A DNA stretch of 64,000 nt from Nitrospirae bacterium MYbinv3 (GTDB taxonomy: Bacteria; Nitrospirota; Thermodesulfovibrionia; Thermodesulfovibrionales; Magnetobacteriaceae), in contig PEAB01000009.1 of NCBI GenBank assembly GCA_002753395.1, positions 5,127-69,126 on the forward strand. The letters are read 5' to 3'. Of the stretch, positions 1 to 9,760 are shown in pieces (the first letter of the stretch is position 1; every line of letters starts with the position of its first letter). The notes beneath the pieces were generated by a model. The model searched no databases. It was not told the DNA's origin and saw only the letters and a list, made by a program, of their open reading frames with translations. The position numbers were made by a program, and so were the translations under genes.

Positions 1-12
1 TAATATACAGCA

Positions 13-1497
13 ATGAACCTAACTGGAGAGAGGGGACAACATATGAGTGGCAAAGCGACGGTACTAGTCGTAGAGGATGAGATAATCATTGCCAAGGACA
101 TTCAAAGGAGTCTACAGGGTCTTGGCTACGTTGTTATGGCAGTTGTATCCTCCGGTGAGGAGGCGCTTAGAAAGATCATGCATCAGCAACCGGACTTAGC
201 GCTTATGGATATAATGTTACAGGGTGAGATGGATGGCATCGAGACGGCAGAATTGATAAGAAATCAATACGATATTCCTATCATTTATCTCACTGCCTAT
301 GCTGATGAAAGGATGCTTCAGCGTGCCAAGATTACTGAACCTTTCGGCTATATGCTTAAACCATTTGAGGACAGAGAGCTTCATACTAACATAGAGATGG
401 CCCTGTATAAGCACAAACTGGAACGAAAGCTCAGAGAAAGTCAACAGTGGCTCTCTATTATCCTCAACAGCATAGGCGACGCCGTTGTGGCCACCGATGT
501 AAACGGCGACGTTACGTTTATGAATCCTGCTGCCCAGCAGTTGACAAGATGCCTTTTGGAGAAGGCCTCGGGCAGGCCGCTGTCAGAGATATTTAACATC
601 ATCGACAACGCTCAAAATGAGACGCTACCCCTTCAATCACTTATCAAGAACGAAAAGGTTGATATCAGAAACCACAGGCTATTACTTCCTGACGGTCTGC
701 AATTGACAATAAGTGGCTGTACCTCGCCCTTAAAAGACAATAATGACAGATTCATGGGTGTGGTTATAACCTTCCAGGACCTTACCGAACTCAAGCAGGT
801 TGAGGAGGCTTTAAACAATCAGCGTGAGAAATTCATCTCTGTACTGCTGCACGATTTAAAAACACCATTAATCGCTATCTCAGGATATACCAGACGCCTT
901 TTGACAGGAAAAGCAAAAAACGTTGAAGAAAAAAGCGAAATCGTTACGAACATCCAAGACGTCTCACAGTACCTGCTTGACACTATCGAGGAGACATCGC
1001 GTTCACTAAAGGAAAAGGCCGAGTTGAACTCCTTCAATCCGCAGCAACTACAGTTTAATAAGATACTAACAGCAGCCATTTTGAACTGTCTGCCGGAGCT
1101 GGAAAACAGGGGCCTCAGCCTCGTAATCAACGACCAGGCAACCAATAGGCCCTCGACCATTGGTCAGATCACCCTGTCAGGCGATCACCGTCAGATCAAG
1201 ACCATGATAGAGAACCTCATGGGCAATGCCACTAAATACGCTAGAAGCGTTGTCAAGTTAAACTGTTACAAAGATGGTACGTACGTAAGATTCATTGTCT
1301 CTGACGATGGTCCCGGCATTGACAAAATGTATGTAGATAGGATATTTGACGCCTACTATCAGGTACCAGGCAGCATAAAGGGGACGGGTCTTGGGCTGTA
1401 TAGTGTGAAGAAGGTGGTAGAAAACCACAAGGGAACTATCTGCGTAAAGACACTTCAAAATCTAGGCTGCAGCTTTGAAGTCACCCTGCCACTGTGA
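13..1497 (+). CDS. Hybrid sensor histidine kinase (REC-PAS-HisKA-HATPase)
   Basis: N-terminal receiver (VLVVEDE, LMDIML, KPF), PAS segment, H-box LLHDLKTPL, N/G boxes NATKYA, DDGPGI, GTGLGL. Confidence 0.92.
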   Translation: MNLTGERGQHMSGKATVLVVEDEIIIAKDIQRSLQGLGYVVMAVVSSGEEALRKIMHQQPDLALMDIMLQGEMDGIETAELIRNQYDIPIIYLTAYADERMLQRAKITEPFGYMLKPFEDRELHTNIEMALYKHKLERKLRESQQWLSIILNSIGDAVVATDVNGDVTFMNPAAQQLTRCLLEKASGRPLSEIFNIIDNAQNETLPLQSLIKNEKVDIRNHRLLLPDGLQLTISGCTSPLKDNNDRFMGVVITFQDLTELKQVEEALNNQREKFISVLLHDLKTPLIAISGYTRRLLTGKAKNVEEKSEIVTNIQDVSQYLLDTIEETSRSLKEKAELNSFNPQQLQFNKILTAAILNCLPELENRGLSLVINDQATNRPSTIGQITLSGDHRQIKTMIENLMGNATKYARSVVKLNCYKDGTYVRFIVSDDGPGIDKMYVDRIFDAYYQVPGSIKGTGLGLYSVKKVVENHKGTICVKTLQNLGCSFEVTLPL

Positions 1498-1516
1498 ACT
1501 GAAATATTAGGGGAAC

Positions 1517-1589
1517 GTTTTAGAAATAGAAGGGGAGGCTCTGCCTCCCCTCAGACCCCCTCCGCAAGGGGACCAGTCCCCTTGACCCC
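1517..1589 (+). repeat. Family A double-hairpin interspersed repeat
   Basis: AGGGGAGGC-TCT-GCCTCCCCT plus AAGGGGAC-CA-GTCCCCTT-GACCCC; lies between convergent genes; further copies listed below. Confidence 0.9.
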
Positions 1590-1601
1590 GTTATATTCCC
1601 T

Positions 1602-2468
1602 TTAGAAGTTGTAAACTACATTGAAGCCATATACAAATGTCGAGTCGAGTTTGCCATTTGGGTTAAATGAAACACCGTTTATGCTCTTATGAGCCTTGTT
1701 TGATAACGGAAACCAATACTGTGCCAAAGGTTGTACCTGTAAGTTCTTTGCAACCGGAATAGTAAAGCCTGCGCTTAACATACCATCGTGTAACGCGTTA
1801 TACTTGGAGCCTGTGTAACTGCCTGATGACTCGAGTGTCCTCCAATAATTGGAGCTCCCGGCAAAGTACCCAAAACATACTCCTAAGTCCAGTGTAATCT
1901 CATTGTAGACAGGAAACGATTGACTGAACTTGAGATTAAAGTAAGTACCAGGATAGCCATCGAAATCCCTGTAAATGGATACAGTCGGGTTTGAAAAAAC
2001 ACCGTAAGTGCCTGATACAAACACCTCCTGTGTCTGTTTGGCATACTGCATTCCATAATACGTGTACCCCACAGTAAGACCGAGCTTATCAAAACTCCTG
2101 GTGTAACTCAGGGTCAAGTCTGATTCATTATAACTTGCCCTGCCAGATCTGTCAGGTACAAATGCCTGAGTTGCCTTCTCATGGGTATCAATGCTGCCCC
2201 AATAGCCAACGCTAAAGCCCTCTAAAGACAGCGTAATAGACGGCTGGATGACAATACTTTTTGTTCCAATTTCGTATCCCCTAAAGATGTACCTGTTTAA
2301 CACACCCAAGTTCATTGCTACTGAGGGCTTTAAGGGCTCAGCCTCCTTAGCTTCTTCCTTTTTGGCTTGTTCCTTGGCAGCCTCTTCTGCCTTAACTAAA
2401 CCCGTAAGAGCCATTAAAAGTGTCATTGTCATACATAATACAAACACAACCCTTATCCTGTTTAACAT
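1602..2468 (-). CDS. Putative outer-membrane beta-barrel (TorF/TIGR02001-like porin)
   Basis: Signal peptide, alternating beta-strand pattern, C-terminal aromatic VVYNF; start moved to ATG 2468 (GGAGG upstream, avoids overlap with amtB). Confidence 0.7.
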   Translation of the reverse strand: MLNRIRVVFVLCMTMTLLMALTGLVKAEEAAKEQAKKEEAKEAEPLKPSVAMNLGVLNRYIFRGYEIGTKSIVIQPSITLSLEGFSVGYWGSIDTHEKATQAFVPDRSGRASYNESDLTLSYTRSFDKLGLTVGYTYYGMQYAKQTQEVFVSGTYGVFSNPTVSIYRDFDGYPGTYFNLKFSQSFPVYNEITLDLGVCFGYFAGSSNYWRTLESSGSYTGSKYNALHDGMLSAGFTIPVAKNLQVQPLAQYWFPLSNKAHKSINGVSFNPNGKLDSTFVYGFNVVYNF

Positions 2469-2484
2469 TAGAACCTCCATTAGA

Positions 2485-3783
2485 TCAAGTCTCGCTATCA
2501 TATGCCTTTTCACCGTGCATAGAGAGATCGAGCCCGGCATATTCGTCCTCTTCTGAGGCCCTTAGGCCGACTATCAAGTCTACAATTTTAAAAAGCACAA
2601 TGGAAACCACAAAGACAAAAACGTATGTGGCTACAACAGCTATAAGCTGTTTGACAAAAAGCCCTGCGTTGCCATAAAGCAACCCGTTGTTGCCAGCATC
2701 GTTAATAGCCTTTGAAGCAAACAATCCGGTAGCCAATGCCCCAAACGTACCCCCTACCCCATGCACGCCAATAACATCAAGGGAGTCATCGTATCCGAGC
2801 TTTGGTTTCAGGCTAACCGCCACATAACAGAGCACACCAGCCACCATACCAATAAATATCGACGACATAGGACTGACAAAACCTGCTCCAGGGGTTATCG
2901 CAACAAGACCCGCCACCGCACCGCTGACAGCTCCAAGGGCTGTGGGTTTGCCTCTGTGCATCCATTCAGTAAACATCCATGCCATCGCTGCCATAGCAGT
3001 AGCCGTATTTGTAGTCACAAATGCAACTGATGCCAGTCCACTTGATGAGAGCGCGCTACCGGCGTTAAACCCAAACCATCCAAACCACAACAACGCCCCT
3101 CCCAATATCGTAAGAGGCAGATTGTGGGGCGGCATAGGCTCTCTTCCATACCCCTTGCGTTTACCCATAACTATTACCGCTGCAATTGCAGCAACAGCAG
3201 AGTTAATATGCACAACCGTACCGCCCGCAAAATCAAGCGCTCCGAGCTTGCCCACTATCCAGCCGCCTCCGCATACCCAATGACACAACGGTGCGTACAC
3301 GAACGTCAGCCATAGGGCTGAAAACAACAACAGGGCTGAAAACTTCATCCTCTCAGCAAAAGCCCCAGTAATAAGTGCCGGTGTTATAGCAGCAAACATC
3401 CCCTGATACATCATAAAGAGCAGATGCGGCACCGTCTTTGCGTAATCCGAAGGCTCCTGTCCAACAGAGTTCAAACCAAACCACGCAAAAGACCCGATCA
3501 CACCTCCAATGTCTGGGCCAAATGACAGTGTATACCCCCACAGCACCCAGATCACGCTTACCATACACAGCATAATAAAACTGTGCATGATAGTTCCAAG
3601 TACGTTCTTCCTCCTCACCATCCCGCCATAGAAAAACCCCAGCCCCGGCGTCATCAACATAACCAGCGCTGTGCTTATAAGCATCCAGGCCGTATCTCCA
3701 GTATCAATCTTCGGCGCCTCAGCAGCTAAGACCGCAGTACAAAACATCAGTACAAATAGTGTTGTCAGAATCACCTTTTTCAT
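2485..3783 (-). CDS. amtB: Ammonium transporter
   Basis: DFAGGTVVH, WFGWFGFNAGS, GVHG motifs; twin His present; adjacent to P-II gene. Confidence 0.97.
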   Translation of the reverse strand: MKKVILTTLFVLMFCTAVLAAEAPKIDTGDTAWMLISTALVMLMTPGLGFFYGGMVRRKNVLGTIMHSFIMLCMVSVIWVLWGYTLSFGPDIGGVIGSFAWFGLNSVGQEPSDYAKTVPHLLFMMYQGMFAAITPALITGAFAERMKFSALLLFSALWLTFVYAPLCHWVCGGGWIVGKLGALDFAGGTVVHINSAVAAIAAVIVMGKRKGYGREPMPPHNLPLTILGGALLWFGWFGFNAGSALSSSGLASVAFVTTNTATAMAAMAWMFTEWMHRGKPTALGAVSGAVAGLVAITPGAGFVSPMSSIFIGMVAGVLCYVAVSLKPKLGYDDSLDVIGVHGVGGTFGALATGLFASKAINDAGNNGLLYGNAGLFVKQLIAVVATYVFVFVVSIVLFKIVDLIVGLRASEEDEYAGLDLSMHGEKAYDSET

Positions 3784-3804
3784 TGCGCATCCTCCAGATT
3801 TTTA

Positions 3805-4161
<357 letters not shown>

Positions 4162-4173
4162 TTATATACTTAG

Positions 4174-4189
4174 AGCAATAACTGTGCCG
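4174..4189 (-). promoter_or_regulatory. Sigma-54 (-24/-12) promoter of glnK-amtB
   Basis: Minus strand CGGCAC-AGTTA-TTGCT = GG-N10-GC, about 30 nt upstream of the glnK start and its GGAGG. Confidence 0.75.
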
Positions 4190-4230
4190 CTGGAAGACGC
4201 CCATACCACAAAGCGTTTCACCAGGATTGA

Positions 4231-4263
4231 TACAATATTGTACGACAATGCTACAATTATGTA
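4231..4263. promoter_or_regulatory. Two tandem dyads, candidate activator sites
   Basis: TACAATATTGTA (4231-4242) and TACAATTATGTA (4252-4263), 21 bp apart, upstream of the sigma-54 motif. Confidence 0.4.
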
Positions 4264-4304
4264 GTTCGGGTGCATTAGAAAACATGGGAACTAAGATTAT
4301 TTAC

Positions 4305-4376
4305 GGAGTCAAGGGGACGAGTTCCCTTGTGGGTGGGTCTCAGGGAGGGCAAAGCCCTCCCTTCTATTTCTAAAAC
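4305..4376 (-). repeat. Family A repeat (reverse orientation)
   Basis: GGAGTCAAGGGGACGAGTTCCCTTG...GGGAGGGCAAAGCCCTCCC-TTCTATTTCTAAAAC, reverse complement of 1517-1589 pattern. Confidence 0.9.
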
Positions 4377-4462
4377 CCATCAAATTCTTATGCACCCTGT
4401 AATTGCGTTGACTTTGATGTATAGTTGCTGTCAGAATACACACGTGGAAAGCAATCAATGAT

Positions 4463-5140
4463 TTGCAGATGAAGATAGTTATCCTGTATGCCGTGGCTGT
4501 TGAGGGGCAATTGATAAATGAAACCAGTTTTTTGGGGCACAACGTTTTTTCGTATGAAACTGGTATGGGCAAGGTCAACGCTGCGCACATCTGTACACTG
4601 GCCATAGAGAGGCACTGTCCTGACCTTGTTATCTCAATTGGGATATGTGGGGCCTACCCGGGGACGGATATACAAATAGGGGACGTGGCCATTGCTGAAA
4701 GGGAGGTCTATGGCGATGAGGGTGTTGTCTTAAAAGACGGCTTTCACGGGTTGGAAAAAATCGGGATTGCCCTGTTTAAGGATGCAGATATGGAGTTCTT
4801 CAACGTCTTTGAGTTTGACAGGAGACTGATTGATAACGTCTTTAAAGGGTTGTCCGCTTCAGGTATGTTTAGGTATACCAAAGGGACGTTTCTGACCCTT
4901 TCAACGTGTACTGGTACGCTTGAGCGGGCTTTGCAGTTGAAGGAGATGTTCGACCCTATCTGTGAAAATATGGAAGGAGCGGCCATTGCTCACGTATGCG
5001 CCATCAGTCACACGCCATTGCTTGAGATCAGGGGCGTGAGCAATATCGTAGAGGACAGGGATATGAGCAAGTGGAACATAGAGCAAGCTGTAGAAAACTG
5101 CCAACAATCTGTTATACTACTTATAAATTCTATGAGGTAA
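4463..5140 (+). CDS. mqnB: Futalosine hydrolase (MTA/SAH nucleosidase family)
   Basis: GMGKVNAA, GICGAY, EVYGDEG, ENMEGAAIAHVC, RGVSNIVEDRD motifs. Confidence 0.8.
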   Translation: MQMKIVILYAVAVEGQLINETSFLGHNVFSYETGMGKVNAAHICTLAIERHCPDLVISIGICGAYPGTDIQIGDVAIAEREVYGDEGVVLKDGFHGLEKIGIALFKDADMEFFNVFEFDRRLIDNVFKGLSASGMFRYTKGTFLTLSTCTGTLERALQLKEMFDPICENMEGAAIAHVCAISHTPLLEIRGVSNIVEDRDMSKWNIEQAVENCQQSVILLINSMR

Positions 5141-5146
5141 GTATAG

Positions 5147-5713
5147 ATGATACCAAGCATTATAGGTCATAAAGTAGTGTGGCAAGGCAGGTTCCTTAAG
5201 GCCCTTATCCTGGATTATCAAACATCCAAGGGAGAGCGGATGAACTGGGAGGCATTTAAGAGGATCAACTGCGATGGAATTGTTGCAATAGTACCCTTTA
5301 CAGCTAACGATGAGACCATAGTGATCAAGCAGTTCAGGCCGCCCATAGGAAAGTACGTCATAGAGTTTCCAGCCGGCCTAAATGATCGTAACGAGCCACT
5401 GGAAGAGGTAGCCAAGAGGGAGCTGCTTGAAGAGACTGGTTACACAGCCAAGACAGTAGAAGAGATCGCCATAGGACCTCTTTCAGCCGGTGCATCTACA
5501 GAGGTACTCACCGTCTATGTAGCCATGGATGCGGTATATAATGGCGATCAGAAACTGGACAGAGGTGAGGATATCGAGATCATAAAGCTGCCCGTAAAAG
5601 ACTTCTACGAACGCCTCTACGCATTAGAAGATGAAAACACATTCGTTGATCTGAAGCTTTACGGGCTCTTTGTGTTAGCTATGAGGCATAAGGTGTATCA
5701 ACCCCCTGAATGA
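5147..5713 (+). CDS. NUDIX hydrolase (ADP-ribose pyrophosphatase-like)
   Basis: Nudix box GLNDRNEPLEEVAKRELLEETGY; QFRPP..EFPAG. Confidence 0.9.
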   Translation: MIPSIIGHKVVWQGRFLKALILDYQTSKGERMNWEAFKRINCDGIVAIVPFTANDETIVIKQFRPPIGKYVIEFPAGLNDRNEPLEEVAKRELLEETGYTAKTVEEIAIGPLSAGASTEVLTVYVAMDAVYNGDQKLDRGEDIEIIKLPVKDFYERLYALEDENTFVDLKLYGLFVLAMRHKVYQPPE

Positions 5714-5734
5714 CCGTAGGGAGGGGTTAATCAT

Positions 5735-6058
5735 CTAATCGGAATCAGAGGCAGGTGTTACCACTGCCATAACAACCAATCTCTCACCCTTAGAGGCTTT
5801 AAACCCGTGAGGGACCATTGGGTCGCATAAAATGGCTGTCTTGCTATCAGCCTCTATCTCCTCATCGCCAACCGTAAACACACCCCTGCCCTCTACACAG
5901 TACATAACAAGTCTCATAGGGGCCTTATGCGGCTGTATTTCCTGTCCTGGCTCCATGCACATAAGGGCGATGCGCATCTCAGGCTTATCCGAGAGCATTT
6001 GTTTGGAAAAGCTGTTGGTGTTAAACTTTATCAGTTTCTTTAGATCTAATACTTCCAT
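5735..6058 (-). CDS. Cupin domain protein
   Basis: PGQEIQPH..P, VEGRG, PHG cupin motifs. Confidence 0.8.
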   Translation of the reverse strand: MEVLDLKKLIKFNTNSFSKQMLSDKPEMRIALMCMEPGQEIQPHKAPMRLVMYCVEGRGVFTVGDEEIEADSKTAILCDPMVPHGFKASKGERLVVMAVVTPASDSD

Positions 6059-6172
6059 AAGTTTTAACCTCCATAGTTTTTATATAATATTAGCACATTG
6101 TTGTTGCATTGTTCTATGATATAAAACATAGTCTCTCTTGAGATCATGTGCCCTTCTTCAACCTCCTTACGT

Positions 6173-7174
6173 CTATGTGCGTCTTTTCGATGCATAAAGC
6201 ATCTCAAATAGCGTCATCCCCATCTGTAATGCTTCTAAGTCGTCCCTGGCCGTCCTGTCTAGACCAACGAGAAGCTCCTCTATGGCCTTTGTCTCAGGGG
6301 TGCCGTTTCTGCCATCCTTGATATCAATCTTATGGACTATCTCGGCTATGTTGTTAAGTGCGCCATCTTTAAGGCCAAAGACCCTGATAAGTACCTCAAA
6401 GGTGCAGAGTTCCCCTACGTGTGTGAAATCCCCCCCTCTAATATCAAACGTAACCGTATCCTTATCTATGCCTCCAACTGCCTCGTTGTCTACAAAATTA
6501 AACAACGCAGAGGTATCTATAAACCTCTTGATAAGCCATGCAGATGCAAGTCTATCTACAAAGGGACGCTTTCTTGTAACCCACACCTTTGCCTGATAAT
6601 CTTCCAGACGCTTAGTGGTCAAAAGCGGTATTGCCTGCTCCTGTACATCACTGCCTGCCAGATTTATAATCTCTCCTTTAACGACCACTATCTTCTCTTT
6701 CAAATCCCCTGCCTTGTTTGTTAAGAAAAAATCGATTTTCCTGATATCTTCAAACTCGTTTAAGAGCCTATTGCTCTGATCCATTAGTTTCTTTAGCTTT
6801 TTGGGGACTTTTTCAGAGCTGAGTATCTTGACGCTATTTAGATCTCTTTCAATACCCTGCAGTTTATCTTCTATGGCATCGTAGTCCTTTTCCCTTTGGA
6901 GGTTGAACATGTGAACGATTTCGCTATCCTTTAGCGTCTCAAACCTCTCTATCTTGATAAACTCACCATCACCATTGACAGCCGTCACCTCGCAGAGCAG
7001 CCACTGGAAGAACTCATAATGGGCGTCAGTGTAAGGCAGGACGTAGATCGAGTTTTTAAACTGCAAGGCGCCAGACTTTGCCAACCTTCTCCAGATCTTG
7101 ACCCTATTGTTGACAGGCATCGTCGGCACACTGTAAAAGAAGACAAGCCATTTGTTTTCATAGTCTTGTAACAT
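6173..7174 (-). CDS. chrB: Chromate resistance protein ChrB (N and C domains)
   Basis: RVKIWRRL N-domain; WVTRKRPFVDRLASAWLIKRFID and FDIRGGDFTH...CTFE C-domain. Confidence 0.85.
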   Translation of the reverse strand: MLQDYENKWLVFFYSVPTMPVNNRVKIWRRLAKSGALQFKNSIYVLPYTDAHYEFFQWLLCEVTAVNGDGEFIKIERFETLKDSEIVHMFNLQREKDYDAIEDKLQGIERDLNSVKILSSEKVPKKLKKLMDQSNRLLNEFEDIRKIDFFLTNKAGDLKEKIVVVKGEIINLAGSDVQEQAIPLLTTKRLEDYQAKVWVTRKRPFVDRLASAWLIKRFIDTSALFNFVDNEAVGGIDKDTVTFDIRGGDFTHVGELCTFEVLIRVFGLKDGALNNIAEIVHKIDIKDGRNGTPETKAIEELLVGLDRTARDDLEALQMGMTLFEMLYASKRRT

Positions 7175-7240
7175 GGATTAAATATATAATACTTGTTACA
7201 CACATGTCAACATATATTGTGACAGCCTCGTTAAAGGGAT

Positions 7241-7489
7241 TGTCTGAACTAGGATTACACGGATTAAAGGATTTACAGGAAAAAGTTTTAATTAACCCTA
7301 TACTTTTGCACTTTTTTATAAACCAGTATTTTATGCAGCTCTTGAAAATAGATTCACGCTTTCGCGGGAATAACAGCAAATGGTGTCTTTAGCTGTTCCA
7401 TGTCATTCCTGCGTAAGCAGGAATCCAGAAAGTGCAAAGCTATAATTAATCATGGCAATCCCTTAATCTGTTAAATCGTGGTTCAGACA
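7241..7489. mobile_element. Family D inverted-arm element with a family C MITE inserted at 7299-7444
   Basis: Arms TGTCTGAACTAGGATTACACGGATT and AATCCCTTAATCTGTTAAATCGTGGTTCAGACA; an empty version is at 42771-42878. Confidence 0.75.
7299..7444. mobile_element. Family C MITE (TA-bounded, two ATTCCY-N8-RGGAAT palindromes)
   Basis: Ends TATACTTTTGCACT / AGTGCAAAGCTATA (12/14 inverted match); near-identical copy at 28859-29024. Confidence 0.8.
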
Positions 7490-7527
7490 ATTTTTATTGC
7501 AACCATATGGAATATGACATTGTCAAA

Positions 7528-8721
7528 TTAAGTTTTGACCGCCGTCTTATCTTGCTTTTTGCGTATTTTTTTGTCTGGCTGCTTCTCTTTTTGATTACTT
7601 TTGACAAGAAAGTACAGTTTACCGTTTTGTCGCATGTTACCGGCCTGAATCTCGGCGTGCTGCCCTCTGCCCCAGAAAAAATCAACCTTTGTGGGGCCAA
7701 CAATCGCCTTGCCCGTGTCCATATTGACTACAAAGCGGGATAGAGGACAGAACCCCGTTATTTGCCCTGTTTCGTCCAACACTGCCTTTTGAGTGCTAAT
7801 ATACGAAAGACCCCCCTGCGGGTAAATCCGCAAATCTGTCGCTATTGACCTTCCCTCAACTAAAGGGACACTGCATGCCCCTATAGCTATGGATTCTTTT
7901 GTTGTAAAGAACACGTAACTGGGATTATGCGCCATGATCCTATCCATCTCCTCTGGATGCTCACGTAGATAGGCCTTGATGCCCTGCATTGAAACTGTCT
8001 TGTTGTCCATCTTGCCTTCTTCCAAGAGAAGTTTACCTATGCTCCTGTAGTCATGACCGTTTGTGCCAGCGTAGCCAACGGACAGAGTCTCTCCGGTGTT
8101 AAGCTCTATAATACCTGAGCCTTGTATGTGCAAAAAAAACAAATCCACACGGTCATCAACGTAGAGAAGCTCAAGCCCCCTATTGGAGAGAGCTCCCTCG
8201 TCAATCTCCTTGCGCGTTAAAAACGGCACGACACTGTTCAACTCACTTGGTGGTCTATACAAGGGATAAAGATATGTACCGTCTCTCCTTAAGCTTCCCC
8301 TCAGCTTCGGTACGAAGTATCCGGTATAGGTAACAGCCTCCGCTCTGCTGTTACCCTCATAGGCATAGACAGCATAGTTTTCACGAATGTGTTTGTTTAG
8401 TAACTTGGAGTTGCCTTTAAATCGTTTGATGGCATCTAAGAAGTCGTTCAAGGTCTCCTTTATCTGTTTTGCACTGTAGTGGTCTGCTCCATAGTTAAAC
8501 GTCTTGTCATCGTTTAATTTATTGAGATAGATGAGGTCCCGATTGATTGCCTCTGTTAGGCTGCTCAGACTAGAGTCATCGGTAAAGAGGGGGTATTCAG
8601 AGGGTTTGAGCCTTATCAAGGGCTGTTTAGATCCACCCGCCTTAGTCTCTGACGCTTCCCCTCGTATAGGGTGACACAGCAACAGACCTATACACAAAAG
8701 TAGCAAGAACAACGGGTGCAT
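7528..8721 (-). CDS. mltA: Lytic murein transglycosylase MltA
   Basis: YTGYFVP, FFLHIQGSG, YAGTNGH, NPSYVFF, DTGKAI.G..KVDFFWG (3D domain); start moved to ATG 8721 because the upstream extension translates a repeat. Confidence 0.9.
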   Translation of the reverse strand: MHPLFLLLLCIGLLLCHPIRGEASETKAGGSKQPLIRLKPSEYPLFTDDSSLSSLTEAINRDLIYLNKLNDDKTFNYGADHYSAKQIKETLNDFLDAIKRFKGNSKLLNKHIRENYAVYAYEGNSRAEAVTYTGYFVPKLRGSLRRDGTYLYPLYRPPSELNSVVPFLTRKEIDEGALSNRGLELLYVDDRVDLFFLHIQGSGIIELNTGETLSVGYAGTNGHDYRSIGKLLLEEGKMDNKTVSMQGIKAYLREHPEEMDRIMAHNPSYVFFTTKESIAIGACSVPLVEGRSIATDLRIYPQGGLSYISTQKAVLDETGQITGFCPLSRFVVNMDTGKAIVGPTKVDFFWGRGQHAEIQAGNMRQNGKLYFLVKSNQKEKQPDKKIRKKQDKTAVKT

Positions 8722-8742
8722 AAGAAAGTTGTGGGAAATTAT

Positions 8743-8766
8743 GTCATTCCTGCGAAAGCAGGAATC
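8743..8766. repeat. Solo family C palindrome
   Basis: GTCATTCCTGCGAAAGCAGGAATC in the mltA/murQ divergent region. Confidence 0.85.
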
Positions 8767-8878
8767 TATAAGCTCGTGAATTGCCCTGTCTTGCACGGCA
8801 ATGACAAGACGACCCATGAATTTTATATGCACCCAAGTCTTAGACATCGACTTCATTATACCAAAAAAATGTTAATAT

Positions 8879-9760
8879 ATGCACGTGACGACAGAAGAGG
8901 TCAACCCGAGCAGCAAAGATATAGACGCCCAGGGTGTAGAGGAAATATTTGCGATCATGAACGAACAGGACTCAGAGGTGGCCGCGGCGGTCAAGCGGGC
9001 GGGACCTGCTATCTGTAGGGCAATAAACGATGCCGTCGATACGATCAGAAACGGCGGCAGACTGCTCTATGTAGGTGCTGGTACCAGCGGGAGGCTTGGC
9101 GTCTTGGATGCCTCTGAGATGCCACCAACCTTTAGCGTCAGTCCCAGCCTGATAAGTGCGGTCATAGCAGGCGGACATCAGGCGATCACGACCTCTGTGG
9201 AAGGGGCCGAGGACGATGAGGAGGCCGGCACCAGGGTCATTAACAACATCGGTTGCAATGACATGATAATAGGCATTACCGCCTCTGGCAAGGCGCCTTT
9301 TGTATTGGCAGCGCTTAAGGAAGGCAAAAGAAGGTCGATTAAGTGTTGGCTTCTTACGTGCAACGATGTCTCTTACGATTTTGTTGATGGCACAATGGCA
9401 GTAATTACCGGAGCCGAGATTGTAGCAGGCTCAACAAGGCTCAAGGCTGGCACAGCCACGAAGATGGTTTTGAATATGATATCTACCATAGCGATGATCA
9501 GACTTGGCAGGGTCTACAGAGGCCACATGGTTGACGTAGTGCCCTCAAACGACAAGCTGCGCAGACGTGCCCTGAGGATCGTACAGGAGTTAACCGGCTG
9601 CTGCGCTGATAGAGCCTGCGAACTTCTTGAGATGGCCAGGGGCAGCGCAAAGACTGCTGTCCTTATGCAGCTTAGAGAGAATGATTACGAAATGGCTGTG
9701 CAATTACTGCAAGGAGCAGGCGGCAGTCTGAGACAGGCACTTGAGAAGGAGGCTAAATGA
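8879..9760 (+). CDS. murQ: N-acetylmuramic acid 6-phosphate etherase
   Basis: GAGTSGRLGVLDASEMPPTF, GAED, GSTRLKAGTATKMVLNMIST. Confidence 0.95.
   Translation: MHVTTEEVNPSSKDIDAQGVEEIFAIMNEQDSEVAAAVKRAGPAICRAINDAVDTIRNGGRLLYVGAGTSGRLGVLDASEMPPTFSVSPSLISAVIAGGHQAITTSVEGAEDDEEAGTRVINNIGCNDMIIGITASGKAPFVLAALKEGKRRSIKCWLLTCNDVSYDFVDGTMAVITGAEIVAGSTRLKAGTATKMVLNMISTIAMIRLGRVYRGHMVDVVPSNDKLRRRALRIVQELTGCCADRACELLEMARGSAKTAVLMQLRENDYEMAVQLLQGAGGSLRQALEKEAK

Noticed and set aside
7158-7392. Small ORFs sharing FPRKRESI or DSCLRRND peptides (also 20797-21477, 24457-24729, 25008-25196, 28835-29072, 47843-48118)
   Set aside because: They are translations of repeat families B and C, not a protein family.
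8722-8856. In-frame palindromic insertions in proteins (Rickettsia RPE-like) in mltA, the mad31-like gene and the methylase
   Set aside because: The repeats lie only in N-terminal extensions ahead of a more plausible start codon, not within conserved domains.
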